Assembly (NCBI GenBank): GCA_001567275.1
Contig: LNBX01000025.1
Span: 77,454 to 141,453, forward strand
Direction: 5' to 3'
Length of the DNA stretch: 64,000 nt
From: Bacteroidetes bacterium OLB10
GTDB taxonomy: Bacteria > Bacteroidota > Bacteroidia > AKYH767-A > OLB10
The position numbers were made by a program, and so were the translations under genes. Shown here one piece after another: positions 30,766 through 40,584 of this stretch. The notes beneath the pieces were generated by a model. It made no database searches, was not told the DNA's origin, and saw only the letters and a program-made list of their open reading frames with translations. How positions within the stretch are numbered: the stretch's first letter is position 1; the number at the start of each line of letters is the position of its first letter.

Positions 30766-31215
30766 AGATAATAACACCTTCTGCTTCAAATGCAGGACTT
30801 TTTTCAGGTTCGGTAATTTTCTCAATTTCTTCCTTCGACTTTTTTGCATCTTCAGCGTAATGGCGAAGTTCGGCAACGGATGTTACATCATTGAAAGCGA
30901 TTCCTTGAATTACAGCAGTTTTTCCTGCGCAATCTTTCGGAACAAAAAAATCGTAATCCTTAAACCGTACGCGCATGGTGTTGCCATCGGCAGTTTCCAT
31001 CATCATCCAGCAGCCTTTTTTCTGGCACACACTGTTTATCTTTCCGGTAAGTTTCACCGTTACTGTATCTTTTTTTGCAAGCAATGCAGGTACTTCAGAA
31101 GCAGGACGTGCATTATCGGCTGTTATTTTTTTCCGAAATAAGATTCTTTTTTATCCTGAGCATAGGAATTGAGGCATAAAAAACCTGCGGCAATAATCAT
31201 TAAAATTTTTTGCAT
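30758..31215 (-). pseudogene. DUF4920 family protein with its signal peptide detached by a frameshift in a T7 run at 31126-31132
   Basis: ATG at 31215 encodes MQKILMIIAAGFLCLNSYAQDKKESYFGKK, then TAA at 31125-31123. The DUF4920 body (KLTGKINSVCQKKGCWMMME…) continues in another frame. A8 on the coding strand fuses them as …FGKKITADNARPASEVPALLAKKDT…. Confidence 0.65.
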
Positions 31216-31413
31216 GTGATAACTGATTTTGAGAACACAAATATAAAACTATTCTCTCTTTAAACGATGAAAATCGGTTTTTCATTTGCCTGATTCTGCC
31301 CTGCTTAATATTCTGAAAATCTTTAATTGAAATGAAAGATGACTTTTATCAGTCAGCCTGTTAATTGCTGTCATTTCAGCAGGCAACCGTGTAAAATAGT
31401 TTTGCGACCGTTT

Positions 31414-31593
31414 ATGAGTGTTTTAATCATACTTATCGCAGTAAGTCTGCTGGTAGCTATTAGCTTTCTGGCAGCATTTTTTTGGGCTGTCAGGAGCGGG
31501 CAATATGATGACGATTATGCTCCGGGAGTGCGTATGCTGTTTGAAAACGAAACCATCACTGAAAACAAATCAACTACAACTGATAATAAATAA
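31414..31593 (+). CDS. ccoS: cbb3-type cytochrome oxidase maturation protein CcoS/FixS
   Basis: 59 aa with one TM helix and the conserved FFWAVRSGQYDD motif. 3 nt upstream of ccoNO. Confidence 0.8.
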   Translation: MSVLIILIAVSLLVAISFLAAFFWAVRSGQYDDDYAPGVRMLFENETITENKSTTTDNK

Positions 31594-31596
31594 TAT

Positions 31597-33726
31597 ATGA
31601 CAATAGAAAAGTACAGTTATGACAACCGTATAGTAGCCATGTTTGCATGGGCTACTATCATTTGGGCAATAGTAGGAATGCTGGTAGGCTTGTTGGTTGC
31701 TTTGCAACTTCCCTACCCTTCGCTCAATTTTGATGCCCACACCACTTTCGGCAGGCTGCGTCCGCTGCACACCAATGCCATCATTTTTGCCTTTGTGGGC
31801 AATGGTATTTTTATGGGTGTGTATTATTCACTTCAACGGTTGCTGAAGGCGAGGATGTACAGTGATATGTTAAGCCGTATCCACTTCTGGGGCTGGCAAC
31901 TTATTATTGTGAGTGCTGCACTTACATTGCCATTTGGAATTACGTCAAGCAAAGAATATGCAGAACTTGAATGGCCGATTGATATTGCCATTACCATTAT
32001 CTGGGTCATTTTCGGTATCAACATGTTTGGAACCATACTTCGCAGACGTGAACGGCATTTGTATGTTGCCATTTGGTTTTACATTGCAACGGTTGTAACT
32101 GTTGCAGTACTTCATATAGTAAACTCTCTTGAATTACCGGTGACTTTATTTAAGAGTTATCCTATTTACGCAGGTGTGCAGGATGCACTTGTACAATGGT
32201 GGTATGGTCATAATGCAGTTGCGTTTTTTCTTACGACACCTTATCTGGGACTGATGTATTATTTTCTTCCCAAAGCTGCCAACAGACCGGTTTATTCCTA
32301 CCGTCTTTCAATCATACATTTCTGGTCGCTGATATTTCTTTATATCTGGGCAGGTCCTCACCATTTGTTATATACTGCACTGCCCGACTGGGCACAATCG
32401 CTTGGTGTAGTTTTCTCCGTCATGCTTATAGCTCCATCATGGGGAGGTATGATTAACGGTTTGCTCACACTGCGTGGTGCATGGGATCGTGTAAGAGATA
32501 ATGTTGAACTTAAATTTTTTGTGATTGCTGTTACAGCTTATGGTATGTCCACCTTTGAAGGGCCTATGCTTTCACTCAAATCAGTGAATGCAGTAAGTCA
32601 CTTTACCGACTGGACAATCGGTCACGTACATATTGGTGGATTGGGATGGAATGGATTTTTGACATTCGGAATTCTGTACTGGCTGATACCAAAATTGTTC
32701 AACACAAAATTATATTCAAAAAAACTTGCAAGCTTTCACTTCTGGATAGGCTCATTAGGAATTGCGTTTTATGCCATACCACTTTACTGGGCCGGTTTCA
32801 CACAACATTTTATGTGGAAGGAATTTACAGAAGACGGTGTATTGCGTTATCCCAATTTCCTCGAAACAGTAGTTCAGATATTACCTATGTATAAACTGCG
32901 CGCATTAGGCGGATTATTATATCTCACCGGAGCGCTGGTAATGTTCTATAACCTTGTTAAGACAATGAAAGCAGGAAGTTTTGTTGCAGATGAAGCTGCT
33001 GAAGCTGCTGCGCTTGAAAAGAAATACACGGGACGTGATGGTCACTGGCATCGCTGGATTGAAAGGAAACCTGTTCAGATGCTTGTGGCAAGTTTGATAG
33101 TTATACTCATCGGAGGTGCAGTAGAAATGATACCTACATTCATGGTGAAATCAAACGTACCAACGATTGCAAGTGTTAAACCTTACACACCTCTTGAACT
33201 ACAGGGCAGAGACATTTATGTGCGCGAAGGATGTTACACGTGCCATTCCCAGATGATACGTCCTTTCCGTTATGAAACCGAGCGATATGGTGAATATTCA
33301 AAACCCGGGGAGTTTGTTTATGATCATCCTTTTCAGTGGGGAAGCAAACGCACAGGACCCGATTTGCAAAGAGTAGGAAAAAAATATCCTAACTCATGGC
33401 ATTATAACCACATGCTCGATCCGCAGATTATGTCACCGGGAAGTATTATGCCTCCGTATGCCTTTATGATTGAAAATGATTTGGACACAACAACTACAGC
33501 TGCCAAAATCAGAGCTATGAAAAAATTAGGTGTGCCTTATCCTGACGGTTACGATACTCAGGCAAATAAAGACCTGATGAAACAAGCTGACCATATTGCT
33601 GCAGATCTTGCCAAAGACGGAATTAAAGTAATGAGCAATAAAGAAATCGTTGCCATCATTGCTTATCTGCAACGTCTGGGAGTAGATATTAAAGCAGAGA
33701 AACAAAATACAGCAACGCTCAATTAA
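31597..33726 (+). CDS. ccoNO: cbb3-type cytochrome c oxidase fused subunits I+II (CcoN-CcoO)
   Basis: 709 aa. Haem-copper oxidase subunit I helices with His ligands, and a C-terminal CcoO monohaem domain (CYTCHSQMIRPF). The fusion is typical of Bacteroidota. Confidence 0.9.
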   Translation: MTIEKYSYDNRIVAMFAWATIIWAIVGMLVGLLVALQLPYPSLNFDAHTTFGRLRPLHTNAIIFAFVGNGIFMGVYYSLQRLLKARMYSDMLSRIHFWGWQLIIVSAALTLPFGITSSKEYAELEWPIDIAITIIWVIFGINMFGTILRRRERHLYVAIWFYIATVVTVAVLHIVNSLELPVTLFKSYPIYAGVQDALVQWWYGHNAVAFFLTTPYLGLMYYFLPKAANRPVYSYRLSIIHFWSLIFLYIWAGPHHLLYTALPDWAQSLGVVFSVMLIAPSWGGMINGLLTLRGAWDRVRDNVELKFFVIAVTAYGMSTFEGPMLSLKSVNAVSHFTDWTIGHVHIGGLGWNGFLTFGILYWLIPKLFNTKLYSKKLASFHFWIGSLGIAFYAIPLYWAGFTQHFMWKEFTEDGVLRYPNFLETVVQILPMYKLRALGGLLYLTGALVMFYNLVKTMKAGSFVADEAAEAAALEKKYTGRDGHWHRWIERKPVQMLVASLIVILIGGAVEMIPTFMVKSNVPTIASVKPYTPLELQGRDIYVREGCYTCHSQMIRPFRYETERYGEYSKPGEFVYDHPFQWGSKRTGPDLQRVGKKYPNSWHYNHMLDPQIMSPGSIMPPYAFMIENDLDTTTTAAKIRAMKKLGVPYPDGYDTQANKDLMKQADHIAADLAKDGIKVMSNKEIVAIIAYLQRLGVDIKAEKQNTATLN

Positions 33727-33745
33727 AGTAATAGGAGAATAGAAT

Positions 33746-33919
33746 ATGTATAAAGAAGTTTTAAGAACGATAAAAGATATTGATATCTATCCGGTAATTA
33801 CCGTTGTGGTATTCTTTGCATTCTTCACTGCAATGTCACTTTGGGTACTACGTTCCAAGAAAGAAGATTTTGAAATCCAGAGCAAATTACCTTTGGATGA
33901 TACTAACCAAAATAATTAA
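33746..33919 (+). CDS. ccoQ: CcoQ/FixQ-like small cbb3 oxidase subunit (57 aa, below the ORF-track length cutoff)
   Basis: MYKEVLRTIKDIDIYPVITVVVFFAFFTAMSLWVLRSKKEDFEIQSKLPLDDTNQNN has a single TM helix. It sits between ccoNO and ccoP. Confidence 0.6.
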   Translation: MYKEVLRTIKDIDIYPVITVVVFFAFFTAMSLWVLRSKKEDFEIQSKLPLDDTNQNN

Positions 33920-33925
33920 TACGAT

Positions 33926-34885
33926 ATGAAACAAATTATAAAAACTATTCAAGCAATATTTATACTGAATCTGCTAAGTGTTTATGCTATTGCTCAGGAA
34001 ACTCAGGAAACTCAGGAGCCAACCAAAGCATCGCAGCCGCCTGCCTGGGCAATGGATGGCAACACATATCTGATCGGGTTTCTTGTTCTAATTCTGGTTG
34101 CAACAATCATTGTACTTTATAAAATCAATGTAAAACTTATAACAACTATTTCTCCAAATGCTTTTGTAAATATCCGAAAACAAAAAACGAACAGCACTTT
34201 GGAAAAAGAAAAAAATCCCTCATTGATGAGTAAAGTTTCTTCACGACTGATGGGAAGTGTACCGGTTACTCAGGAAGCAGATATTTTGCTCGATCATGAT
34301 TATGACGGCATTAAAGAGTTAGATAACAACCTTCCTCCCTGGTGGAAGTGGGGATTTTATGCAACCATTCTGTTTTCTTTTGTTTATCTCATAGGTTACC
34401 ATGTTACCGGCACAGGCAAACTTCAGTTAGAAGAATATAATGACGAACTGGCTCTTGCAGCAAAGGCAAAAGAGGAACGCATGAAAAATTCAGCAGAAAA
34501 TATTACTGAAGAAAACGTAACTATGCTCACAGATGCCGGAGCCATAAGCAAAGGGAAAGAAATATTTACAAAAAACTGTGCTGCCTGTCATGCTGCTGAC
34601 GGAGGTGGAATGGTAGGCCCAAACCTTACGGATGAATACTGGCTTCACGGAGGTGGTATTAAAAACATATTTAAAACTGTAACTTATGGTGTACCTGCAA
34701 AAGGAATGATCAGTTGGCAATCGCAACTATCTCCTAAACAAATTCAGGAAGTATCATCATTTGTCTGGAGTCTGCAGGGAACAAAGGCTGCTGCACCTAA
34801 AGAGCAGGAAGGCGAAAAATGGACAGAATCCTCTACTGCCTCAAATACTGATTCGAGTGCAACTGCACAGGCTACCAAGGAATAA
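33926..34885 (+). CDS. ccoP: cbb3-type cytochrome c oxidase subunit III (CcoP), monohaem form
   Basis: FixP N-terminal domain (LDHDYDGIKELDNNLPPWWKW), one CXXCH (CAACHAADGGG), and a Thr/Ser-rich C-terminal tail. Confidence 0.8.
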   Translation: MKQIIKTIQAIFILNLLSVYAIAQETQETQEPTKASQPPAWAMDGNTYLIGFLVLILVATIIVLYKINVKLITTISPNAFVNIRKQKTNSTLEKEKNPSLMSKVSSRLMGSVPVTQEADILLDHDYDGIKELDNNLPPWWKWGFYATILFSFVYLIGYHVTGTGKLQLEEYNDELALAAKAKEERMKNSAENITEENVTMLTDAGAISKGKEIFTKNCAACHAADGGGMVGPNLTDEYWLHGGGIKNIFKTVTYGVPAKGMISWQSQLSPKQIQEVSSFVWSLQGTKAAAPKEQEGEKWTESSTASNTDSSATAQATKE

Positions 34886-34911
34886 ATTATCTTTTTAGAA
34901 TAAATTTTTTA

Positions 34912-36321
34912 GTGTTGGAAAACAAAAACAATCCATATTTAGACGAATCATTTCGCGACAGTATATCTACCGTCACCAAGGAAGGAAAACGTGCATGGTT
35001 ATATCCCAAAAAACCTAAAGGACGGTTTTACAATGCACGTACATGGGTAAGTATCGGATTTCTGATTGTATTTTTTGCTCTGCCTCTGATAAAAATTAAC
35101 GGTCATCCTTTTTTTATGCTCAATATCATCGAGCGTAAGTTTGTATTGTTTGGTGTTGCTTTCTTTCCACAGGATTTCTTTCTGTTTATGCTAGCCATGC
35201 TCACCTTTGTAGTATTCATTGCATTGTTTACTGCACTGTTCGGCAGGTTGTGGTGCGGATGGGCCTGCCCTCAAACCGTATTCCTTGAAATGGTTTTTCG
35301 CAAAATTGAATACTGGATTGAAGGCGACTCCATGAAGCAAAAAGCCCTCAATAAACGCGGATGGGATGCAGAAAAAATAAGAATTAAAGCTACTAAGCAT
35401 ACCATCTTCTTTCTGATTTCTTTTCTTATTTCCAATACCTTCCTCGCTTATATCATCGGCATTGATGAGCTTGAAAAAATTATTACCGACAATCCTTCAG
35501 AACATTTAGGCGGATTGTTTGCCATACTCCTTTTTACCGGAGTATTCTATGGTGTATTTGCCAGATTTCGCGAGCAGGTATGCATTGTGGTTTGCCCTTA
35601 CGGACGTTTGCAAGGTGTATTGCTCGACCCTAACTCTGTGGTTATAGCCTATGACTACGAGCGTGGCGAGCCTCGTGGCAAACTGAATACTGATGCATTG
35701 CAGCACACCGGTGACTGTATTGATTGCCATCAATGTGTTCAAGTGTGCCCTACAGGCATTGACATCCGTAATGGAACACAACTTGAATGTGTGAACTGCA
35801 CGGCATGTATTGATGCCTGTGATGATATAATGGATAAAATCAACAAGCCTCGCGGATTGATTCGTTATTCGAGTGAAAATGCAATTAAAAAGAAAGAAAA
35901 ATTTAAAATTACTCCGCGTGTGATTGGGTACTCTGCAATTTTACTTGTGCTGATGATAGTGTTGGGAACTTTATTGATTGTTCGCAGCGATATTGAAACT
36001 ACTATCCTTCGAACTCCGGGAATGTTGTTTCAAAAACCTGATGACAATCACATAAGCAATCTGTACAATATCCAGTTGGTGAACAAAACTTTCAGCGATA
36101 TACCGGTTGAATTAAAAATAGTTTCTCCTGAAGGAGAAATAAAATGGGTAGGTGACGGAGTGAAAATTCTTAAAGAACAATCGGTGGCTCATGGAACATT
36201 CTTTCTCATTATACCAAAAACAAAAATTTTGAAAACAAAGACCGAAGTAAAATTTGAAGTAGTATCAGATGGCAAAACGGTGAGTTCATACGAAACATCA
36301 TTTCTCGGTCCAAATAATTAA
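34912..36321 (+). CDS. ccoG: cytochrome c oxidase accessory protein CcoG/FixG (4Fe-4S ferredoxin-type membrane protein)
   Basis: 469 aa with two ferredoxin Cys clusters (CIDCHQCVQVCP, CVNCTACIDAC) and N-terminal TM helices. Confidence 0.85.
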   Translation: MLENKNNPYLDESFRDSISTVTKEGKRAWLYPKKPKGRFYNARTWVSIGFLIVFFALPLIKINGHPFFMLNIIERKFVLFGVAFFPQDFFLFMLAMLTFVVFIALFTALFGRLWCGWACPQTVFLEMVFRKIEYWIEGDSMKQKALNKRGWDAEKIRIKATKHTIFFLISFLISNTFLAYIIGIDELEKIITDNPSEHLGGLFAILLFTGVFYGVFARFREQVCIVVCPYGRLQGVLLDPNSVVIAYDYERGEPRGKLNTDALQHTGDCIDCHQCVQVCPTGIDIRNGTQLECVNCTACIDACDDIMDKINKPRGLIRYSSENAIKKKEKFKITPRVIGYSAILLVLMIVLGTLLIVRSDIETTILRTPGMLFQKPDDNHISNLYNIQLVNKTFSDIPVELKIVSPEGEIKWVGDGVKILKEQSVAHGTFFLIIPKTKILKTKTEVKFEVVSDGKTVSSYETSFLGPNN

Positions 36322-36326
36322 ACAGA

Positions 36327-36764
36327 ATGAAACTTAACTGGGGATTTGGCATTGCTGCAGTTTACACTGTATTTGCTCTTGGAATTATCGGGATGGTAAT
36401 ACTGGCATCGCGTCAGAAAAATGATTTGGTAACAGAGAGTTATTACGAGCAGGCTGTTCACTTTCAGGATAAAATTAATGCAAGTGAAAATGCTCTTGAA
36501 GCCAACAATTTTGAACTCAAATTTTTATCGGATGAGCATAAGGCAGTTATCCGGCTTACAGACAAAATTGCCGTTCAGGGCAATTTGCTCTTTTATAAAC
36601 CTGATGATGCAGAAAAAGATTTCAGTGTTTCATTACAAACAAGCAATGAAGGCAATCAGGAAATTGCATTGCCCGATATAGCTCGCGGATATTGGAATGT
36701 GCTGGCTTCGTGGAAGTATAATTCCAAAGATTATTTTAAAGAAGTTCGTATTTACGTTCAATAA
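36327..36764 (+). CDS. FixH/CcoH family protein
   Basis: 145 aa with an N-terminal TM helix and a FixH-like periplasmic domain, in the expected position after ccoG. Confidence 0.7.
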   Translation: MKLNWGFGIAAVYTVFALGIIGMVILASRQKNDLVTESYYEQAVHFQDKINASENALEANNFELKFLSDEHKAVIRLTDKIAVQGNLLFYKPDDAEKDFSVSLQTSNEGNQEIALPDIARGYWNVLASWKYNSKDYFKEVRIYVQ

Positions 36765-37489
36765 TGCAGAGTATGGCATTTTACCTATCAGCATTTATAT
36801 TAGGACTTTTTGGAAGCCTGCATTGCGCAGGCATGTGCGGACCCATAGCAATGATGCTTCCTGCCAACAAAAATTTTTTAAGAAAAGCCAACATTTCAAG
36901 GCTGCTTTATAATTCAGGAAGAGCGGTTGCTTATATGCTGATTGGATTAGTGTTTGGAATACTTGGTTCTGCAATTTCTATCAGTGGATATCAAAAACAG
37001 TTAAGTATCTTTTCAGGAATTGTAATTCTGTTGATTATTTTTTTTACCGCTGCACAAAAATTTCAAAACCGTTTTTCTGCTTTCATTGCGCGAATTACAA
37101 TGCCTGTGAGAATATTGATGAAAAAACTGTTTGCACAACAATCACCTGCTGCACATTTTGGAATCGGACTTACAAATGGATTTCTTCCATGTGGTCTTGT
37201 TTATCTTGCAGCAGCTGGCTCAGTTTCGGCAGGCAGTACCAGCGGTAGTGTACTTTATATGGCATTATTTGCCTTGGGAACTTTTCCTGTGATGCTGGCA
37301 ATTTCGTTTTCTGCATCATTGCTCAAAGGGTCGTGGCGCAACCTGTATAGCAAAGCTACTCCGGTAGTGTCAATAGCATTAGCTCTGTTTCTGATTTATC
37401 GTGGCACACAAATGAAAACAGACTGTCATGTCACCAAATCACCACCTGCCATGATATCATGCGAAAAACCCGGCCAGCCGACTATTTAA
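36764..37489 (+). CDS. TauE/SafE-type membrane protein (HCAGMCGP motif) associated with the cbb3 cluster
   Basis: 241 aa, 6-7 TM helices, conserved GSLHCAGMCGPI. Start overlaps the FixH stop. Confidence 0.6.
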   Translation: MQSMAFYLSAFILGLFGSLHCAGMCGPIAMMLPANKNFLRKANISRLLYNSGRAVAYMLIGLVFGILGSAISISGYQKQLSIFSGIVILLIIFFTAAQKFQNRFSAFIARITMPVRILMKKLFAQQSPAAHFGIGLTNGFLPCGLVYLAAAGSVSAGSTSGSVLYMALFALGTFPVMLAISFSASLLKGSWRNLYSKATPVVSIALALFLIYRGTQMKTDCHVTKSPPAMISCEKPGQPTI

Positions 37490-37508
37490 TAGAACAAACA
37501 ACTATATT

Positions 37509-38072
37509 TCAGATTTGAAAAATCCCTCTGAAACCCCGTGCTGCATAGTACGATTCGGCACCGTTATGATAAATAAACACACGACCAAAGCGGTAGTCGC
37601 CAAAAATAGCTCCACCAAGCTCACGAACATTGTCAGGTGTTTTCAGCCAGCTTGAGGTTTTTAAATCAAAATTTCCGATAGATTGCAGTAACTCATATTG
37701 TTTTTCGTCAATCATCTCTATTCCCATCCACTTTGCCACAGCCATTGCACTGTCTTTAGGTTTGTGTTCTTTTCTGGATTGCAAAGCATCCTCATCATAA
37801 CACAAACTTCGTCTGCCTTTGGGACTTTCAGGTGAGCAGTCGCAAAAAATATATTTATCAGATTTTTTATCATAGTCAATCACGTCCGGTTCTCCTCCTG
37901 AAATTTCCATTTCATTCAGCGTCCACAGTTTGTCAGCTTGTTTGAGTAACCGTTGCTCAACATCATTCCACTTGATTCCTTTATGCCGTTGCATATTTTT
38001 CTCAAAGCGGGATTGAATGATAGTTATCAAATGCTTTTTTTCGTTGTCAGAAATTGATTTATCTTTTTTCAT
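37509..38072 (-). CDS. DUF4256 domain-containing protein
   Basis: 187 aa. Recognised by overall similarity to DUF4256 (…ISGGEPDVI.YD…). Confidence 0.5.
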   Translation of the reverse strand: MKKDKSISDNEKKHLITIIQSRFEKNMQRHKGIKWNDVEQRLLKQADKLWTLNEMEISGGEPDVIDYDKKSDKYIFCDCSPESPKGRRSLCYDEDALQSRKEHKPKDSAMAVAKWMGIEMIDEKQYELLQSIGNFDLKTSSWLKTPDNVRELGGAIFGDYRFGRVFIYHNGAESYYAARGFRGIFQI

Positions 38073-38223
38073 CCTTATTAATTTAAGACAGTTTTACTTT
38101 TTCGATAAAATTTTACTACAGAATAAACTATACAACATGACATTAAAAAAATTACCTGTGGATTTCACTCCCTATGTTGATTAGCGTATAATCACTTTTG
38201 CAATGTCAGAGCAACAGAGTACT

Positions 38224-40092
38224 TTATTTTTTGCTCTTCAGAATAGACACCAGCTTTTGGCCACGTACCAGTAACTTCAGTCGTTGTCTGCTTAACGAAA
38301 TATGTGCCTGCTTTTTCTCACGTTCGTCAACACCTGTTTTATAAACTGAAATGATATGCTGATAAGTGAGGATACCTCTGATTTTCTTATCTACTACTAC
38401 AGGTAAAATATCCACATTCTCTTTAGCCATTATTTCAACTGCACGTCTTAATGTTTCAGAAGGATCTATGTACACATTATTTCTTTTCACAATAGTTTCA
38501 ATGGTGTTGCCTTCATTATGATGTGAATTAAATAAATTGGAAGAGCTTACTATACCTTTATACTCACCCTCTGTATCGGAGACGATAAAATAATTAGCCT
38601 GCATATCCGATTCGTTGGTAAACCAGTTGCGCACTTCGTCAATGCTCATCTGATTATTAATCACCACACCGTTGTCAGTAACCAGTTGTTCAACGTTGGT
38701 TTTTTCAAGAATATCGGGTTCATACGAATCAGGTGTAACAACTCCTCTGCGCGCAATTCTTTCTGTCATAATAGTGTTTTCCATCAGGAAGAATGAGATA
38801 AAATATGATGTGGTACAGGTTGCCAGCAAAGGCAATAATGCATTGGATTGTCCTGTTGTTTCAAGAGCAAAAACGATAGACGTAAGAAATGCTCTTGAAG
38901 CGCCTGCAAACAATGCCGACATACCTACAAGTACTGCCAATGGAATATTTATTCCTACATCAGGAAACCAGTACATACCTACGCTTCCGAGCAATGCGCC
39001 TGCTGCTCCTCCTATGGTCATTAAAGGAGCCAGCGTTCCGCCTGAAGTTCCGCTGCTTAATGATATTGACCATGAAATAAACTTCAGTACACACAATGAA
39101 ACAACAACATTCAATGCAAGTGTTCCCGAGAGCAAATCCGTTATATTAAAATATCCCACACCAAGTGTGCGCGGTGAAAAATATCCTACTACCCCTACAG
39201 CAATTCCTCCAATAGCAGGCCACCATGCCCAGTGAATCGGAAGTTTCTCAAACATATCTTCGAGCCAATAAACCACTTTGGTTACACCTACAGCTAATAG
39301 ACCAATGGCAATTCCCATTACACTATAAAAAAACACTGCATAGTTGGATGCAACAGGAATGGGATTGGCAACCGGAAATACTACTTCGTTTCCAAACAAA
39401 AAATGATGACCCGCTGCTCCGGTAATACAAGCCAAAGCAACCGGAATAAAAGAACGTGCCGAGAACTCAAACAACAATAATTCAATAGCCAACAATATAG
39501 CCGCAACAGGGCTTGCAAAAATTGCAGCCATACCTGCAGTGGCACCTGCTGCCAGTAAAATTTTTCTTTCGTTGGGTGTAATACGAATCAACTGACCTAA
39601 AGTAGAACCCAAAGCACCTCCCGTTGCAATGATGGGACCTTCAGCACCAAAAGGACCTCCTGTACCAATGGTAATGGCTGATGACAATGGTTTTAAATAA
39701 GTGATGGATGGTTTGATTTTACTTTCATTCGTCAATATCTGTTCCATAGCTTCAGGAATACCATGGCCTCTGATTGCTTTAGACCCGTACAATGCCATTA
39801 ACCCAACTATCAACCCTCCCACCACAGGAACAACTATTACAAAAACTCCCAAATTATTGTACATGGGAGTTGTTTCAGTTACTGTTAAGCTTCCATAAAA
39901 TGCAATACCTGTAATTACATCTATGAGATAAATCAGAAATTTTGCAATGAAACTAATACAGGCTGCAACAAGTACTGCAAGTAATGACAAACGAAAAGTC
40001 CTTTGCTTGTTGTATTTCTTTTTAGAGTCATTGTTTTCGTTATGCAGGGCTGGAGAAAGTGATAATGAAATGGGTATTCCGTTTTTTAACAT
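38224..40092 (-). CDS. voltage-gated ClC-type chloride channel/antiporter with C-terminal CBS pair
   Basis: 622 aa with ClC selectivity motifs (GHGIPE, GGPFGAEGP, G.F.P) and tandem C-terminal CBS domains. Confidence 0.85.
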   Translation of the reverse strand: MLKNGIPISLSLSPALHNENNDSKKKYNKQRTFRLSLLAVLVAACISFIAKFLIYLIDVITGIAFYGSLTVTETTPMYNNLGVFVIVVPVVGGLIVGLMALYGSKAIRGHGIPEAMEQILTNESKIKPSITYLKPLSSAITIGTGGPFGAEGPIIATGGALGSTLGQLIRITPNERKILLAAGATAGMAAIFASPVAAILLAIELLLFEFSARSFIPVALACITGAAGHHFLFGNEVVFPVANPIPVASNYAVFFYSVMGIAIGLLAVGVTKVVYWLEDMFEKLPIHWAWWPAIGGIAVGVVGYFSPRTLGVGYFNITDLLSGTLALNVVVSLCVLKFISWSISLSSGTSGGTLAPLMTIGGAAGALLGSVGMYWFPDVGINIPLAVLVGMSALFAGASRAFLTSIVFALETTGQSNALLPLLATCTTSYFISFFLMENTIMTERIARRGVVTPDSYEPDILEKTNVEQLVTDNGVVINNQMSIDEVRNWFTNESDMQANYFIVSDTEGEYKGIVSSSNLFNSHHNEGNTIETIVKRNNVYIDPSETLRRAVEIMAKENVDILPVVVDKKIRGILTYQHIISVYKTGVDEREKKQAHISLSRQRLKLLVRGQKLVSILKSKK

Positions 40093-40315
40093 CCGTGTAA
40101 AAAATTAAAATTCAAAGAGTATGTATTGTTTCGAAAAAACAGGTAATTCGAATGCTCTCTTGAAAAATATGAAAATATTCTGCAAATTTCGTTTAAATTT
40201 ACTTTTTAGTTTTACTGTATGGTTAAGAAAAAATGAAATTCTATGATTTAAAACAATAAAAACGGAATGCCCGCTAATTACAAATAGTTCCACACTCAAT
40301 TTTATAACAACATTT

Positions 40316-40584
40316 TTAGTCTTTCCAGTTCCACCATTTGAGTTTTTCTTTGCTTTGTTTTTCACGAGGCGTTTCAGCAAAATATACTGCACATCTGAAC
40401 ACATAAAGCAAACATCTGTCCTGAACACAACCTGCAAACTTATTCGACAGTTCATACAATTGCTGAGGAACTTTTCCTTTAAGATCATCTACATTTCTGA
40501 TGCCTATATGATATAAATCTGTTGCAATAGATTTTCCACACCCGGTATTACCGTCAGATTTTTTATTGATTCTGCCAATGACAT
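40316..40584 (-). pseudogene. small helix-hairpin-helix protein (TfoX C-terminal/Cdd1-like family), disrupted by a 2-nt (TA) insertion near 40503-40512
   Basis: MSLAESIKNLTVIPGVENLLQQIYII then a stop. The C-terminal part …IGIRNVDDLKGKVPQQLYELSNKFAGCVQDRCLLYVFRCAVYFAE…KWWNWKD lies in the +2 frame. Removing one TA from TATATCATATAGG restores a single 88-aa ORF. Confidence 0.5.

Noticed and set aside
40105-40488. 127-aa minus-strand ORF MILKEKFLSNCMNCRIS…
   Set aside because: It lies in a different frame from the HhH/Cdd1-like pseudogene, which has recognisable family similarity. Low-complexity, no signal.
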